This document shows positions 62,311 through 64,000 of a DNA stretch of 64,000 nucleotides, piece after piece. The first letter of the stretch is position 1. Every line of letters starts with the position of its first letter. Location: assembly GCF_036365525.1 (NCBI RefSeq), contig NC_090383.1:120220531-120284530 (forward strand), given 5' to 3'. The notes under the pieces were generated by a model. That model saw only the letters and a program-made list of their open reading frames with translations. It did not search any database and was not told where the DNA came from. The position numbers and the translations under genes were made by a program. The DNA is from Heterodontus francisci. Lineage: Eukaryota.

Positions 62311-62939
62311 TTGTTCTGTTGTCTTTAACAGCTCCTGACCATAAGAAACATTCCATGGTGTTTTATGGAGGTGTGAGGAAAGCAGATGTCAAACCAAACA
62401 AGGAGCGATTGGAAATGAAGAAAAGAGCTACTTCTCATTCTCTCAATTCAGTAAGGTTCACTTTGGGACTGTGTGGGTGCTCTAAGAGCTCAGCATCGCT
62501 AAATCTATCTGCATATTTTATCCTACATGATTTGTTTTCTTCTGCTCAATCTTAATGTTCTGTACCTCACTGTGGGAGATGATCCCACAGGCAATGCCAG
62601 CCTTCAATAGCTCACCCGAATGACTGTTCTTTATCAGTGAGCCTGGACAATGTGTTTTGGATAGCTTCTTGAACCTAGAGTGACACAGCTGAATTTATTT
62701 ATCGTCACACCCCAGAGTTCAGGAGTGGGATAACAGGGCTGTGTGACTCTGTCATATCTGACGGTGTAAATGCCCAGTGAATGATGAAAAGGCCCAAACT
62801 ATCTCAATTATTACAATGAAATATCTGACAGCAAAACACCCACCTCACAACAACCATCAAAATCGGTAAGTTAAACTCAAAACCTAATTATCATAAATCG
62901 AACCCAGGTTGGGTGACCCCTCTCTGGGCATTTACTTAC

Positions 62940-62991
62940 CCACTGCCACACAAAGGGTCAGAGTCAGGACTGAAAGGGTCAAGCCAAACAT
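62940..62991 (-). CDS. Exon 1 (signal peptide) of V-V-TM-ITAM Ig-superfamily receptor: MFGLTLSVLTLTLCVAV(G)
   Basis: ATG at 62991, 17 mostly hydrophobic codons plus 1 nt, then a GTAAGT donor (62939-62934). Phase 1 matches the V1 acceptor, giving ...CVAV-G-LEA/STVL, a typical Ig split leader. Confidence 0.85.
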
Positions 62992-63019
62992 TTCAAACAA
63001 ACTTATTTTGAAAATATTA

Positions 63020-63420
63020 AATTCCTGTTTTTTCACACACTGTATAATCTGTACTGTCAATGTTTCAGAGGTGGGTCAATGTCACAACTTCCGTATGTTC
63101 TTGTGAATATAAACCACACAAAGAGGAAGGAGTAAGATCCAATGGCTGTCCTGTTGTTAAAAACCTCGTTGAAAATGTATTCACACATCACAGACAAGCA
63201 GCCAAGACTTTCTTCCCAGTCTCTCTCCATCTCTCTGGAAGGAAGTGACCTGCTGGAGTGGAGATTCACAGGCTCTGACAGCCATTCAGCAGCTTATTCT
63301 AAAATCCATTCTTCCCGTGTGAGGTAGATACCAGGGACGAGAAAGTTACCCACACACTGCCCATTTATCATTGTTAACCAACCTACTAAGGTCCTGACTA
63401 GGTGGACAGGAAGTGCATGC
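63020..63420 (-). promoter_or_regulatory. Putative haematopoietic/lymphoid promoter of the receptor gene
   Basis: Upstream of the ATG: ETS ACTTCCG (63087-63093), RUNX AACCACA (63112-63118), PU-box-like AAAGAGGAAG (63120-63129), AGGAAGTG (63240-63247) and ACAGGAAGTG (63406-63415). Confidence 0.5.
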
Positions 63421-64000
63421 ATTTCCTTCTGGAAGTCTGCTGTACTGGTTAATGTGGATAGTCTGACATCAGGAACACACATTGATGCATTTATAGCATA
63501 GAATTATTTATTTAAATCGAAAGTTTGATGCTTCGCAATGGTAGAAAGGATGGAGGAGTCCAATTCCACCAGATCTAGAGAGACGTTGCAGGATTTCTCC
63601 AATCTGCACTGTGGAACGTGTGGCAAGCTCCATGGAAATTGTAGCAGGGTGCTCCCATGGAACACTGCTACCAGCTGTTGGCTCCTGTTTATAGGCTCAT
63701 TCAGGCTGCTCTGTAGACTCAGGGTGAAAACCTCTGTACTGAATTCAACAAGCTGACAAAACCGGGGCTTCTAAGAGGCCACTTGCAGTTCTCTTGCTGA
63801 TGTGCTGTTGGCTCAGGGGAGGGAGGAATGGTAGGATAGGCAAGAAAAATACAGTCCTTCTTCAGAATGTCTGCCAATCTGAGCCATTGTCTTCAACCAA
63901 TACCTCAAACATGGGAATGGTGTATAACAGCCTGCTTCCAATGTCTGATAAAGCCACTGGGGCAGTGAATTAAGGGTTACATGGTGGTGGTGGGCAGGGG

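Overview
Repeat-rich vertebrate genomic DNA. Its CR1, RTE, Tx1 and Penelope elements, V-SINE/HE1-like SINEs and Deu-like SINEs point to a cartilaginous fish (inferred). The main result is one ~43-kb, 7-exon minus-strand gene that the ORF track mostly misses. I assembled it from GT-AG splice sites with compatible phases: leader (62940-62991), two germline-joined VJ-type Ig V exons (55595-55948, 46041-46385), an uncharged TM exon (29002-29136) and three cytoplasmic exons (28756-28829, 20070-20105, 19911-19967). The ~350-aa product carries a YEN motif and a canonical ITAM (DSTYMAL-x7-YSEL) split by an intron as in CD3/FcRgamma/DAP12. It looks like a non-rearranging, antigen-receptor-like, single-chain V-V-TM-ITAM receptor with an ETS/RUNX/PU-box promoter. 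The rest is transposons: an intact Tx1-clade LINE inserted in a ~66-bp tandem repeat that also received other A-tailed inserts, a full-length but frameshifted RTE with an 11-bp TSD, CR1 copies, Penelope remnants with minimal hammerhead motifs, Harbinger and hAT MITEs (some nested) and a 27-bp minisatellite.
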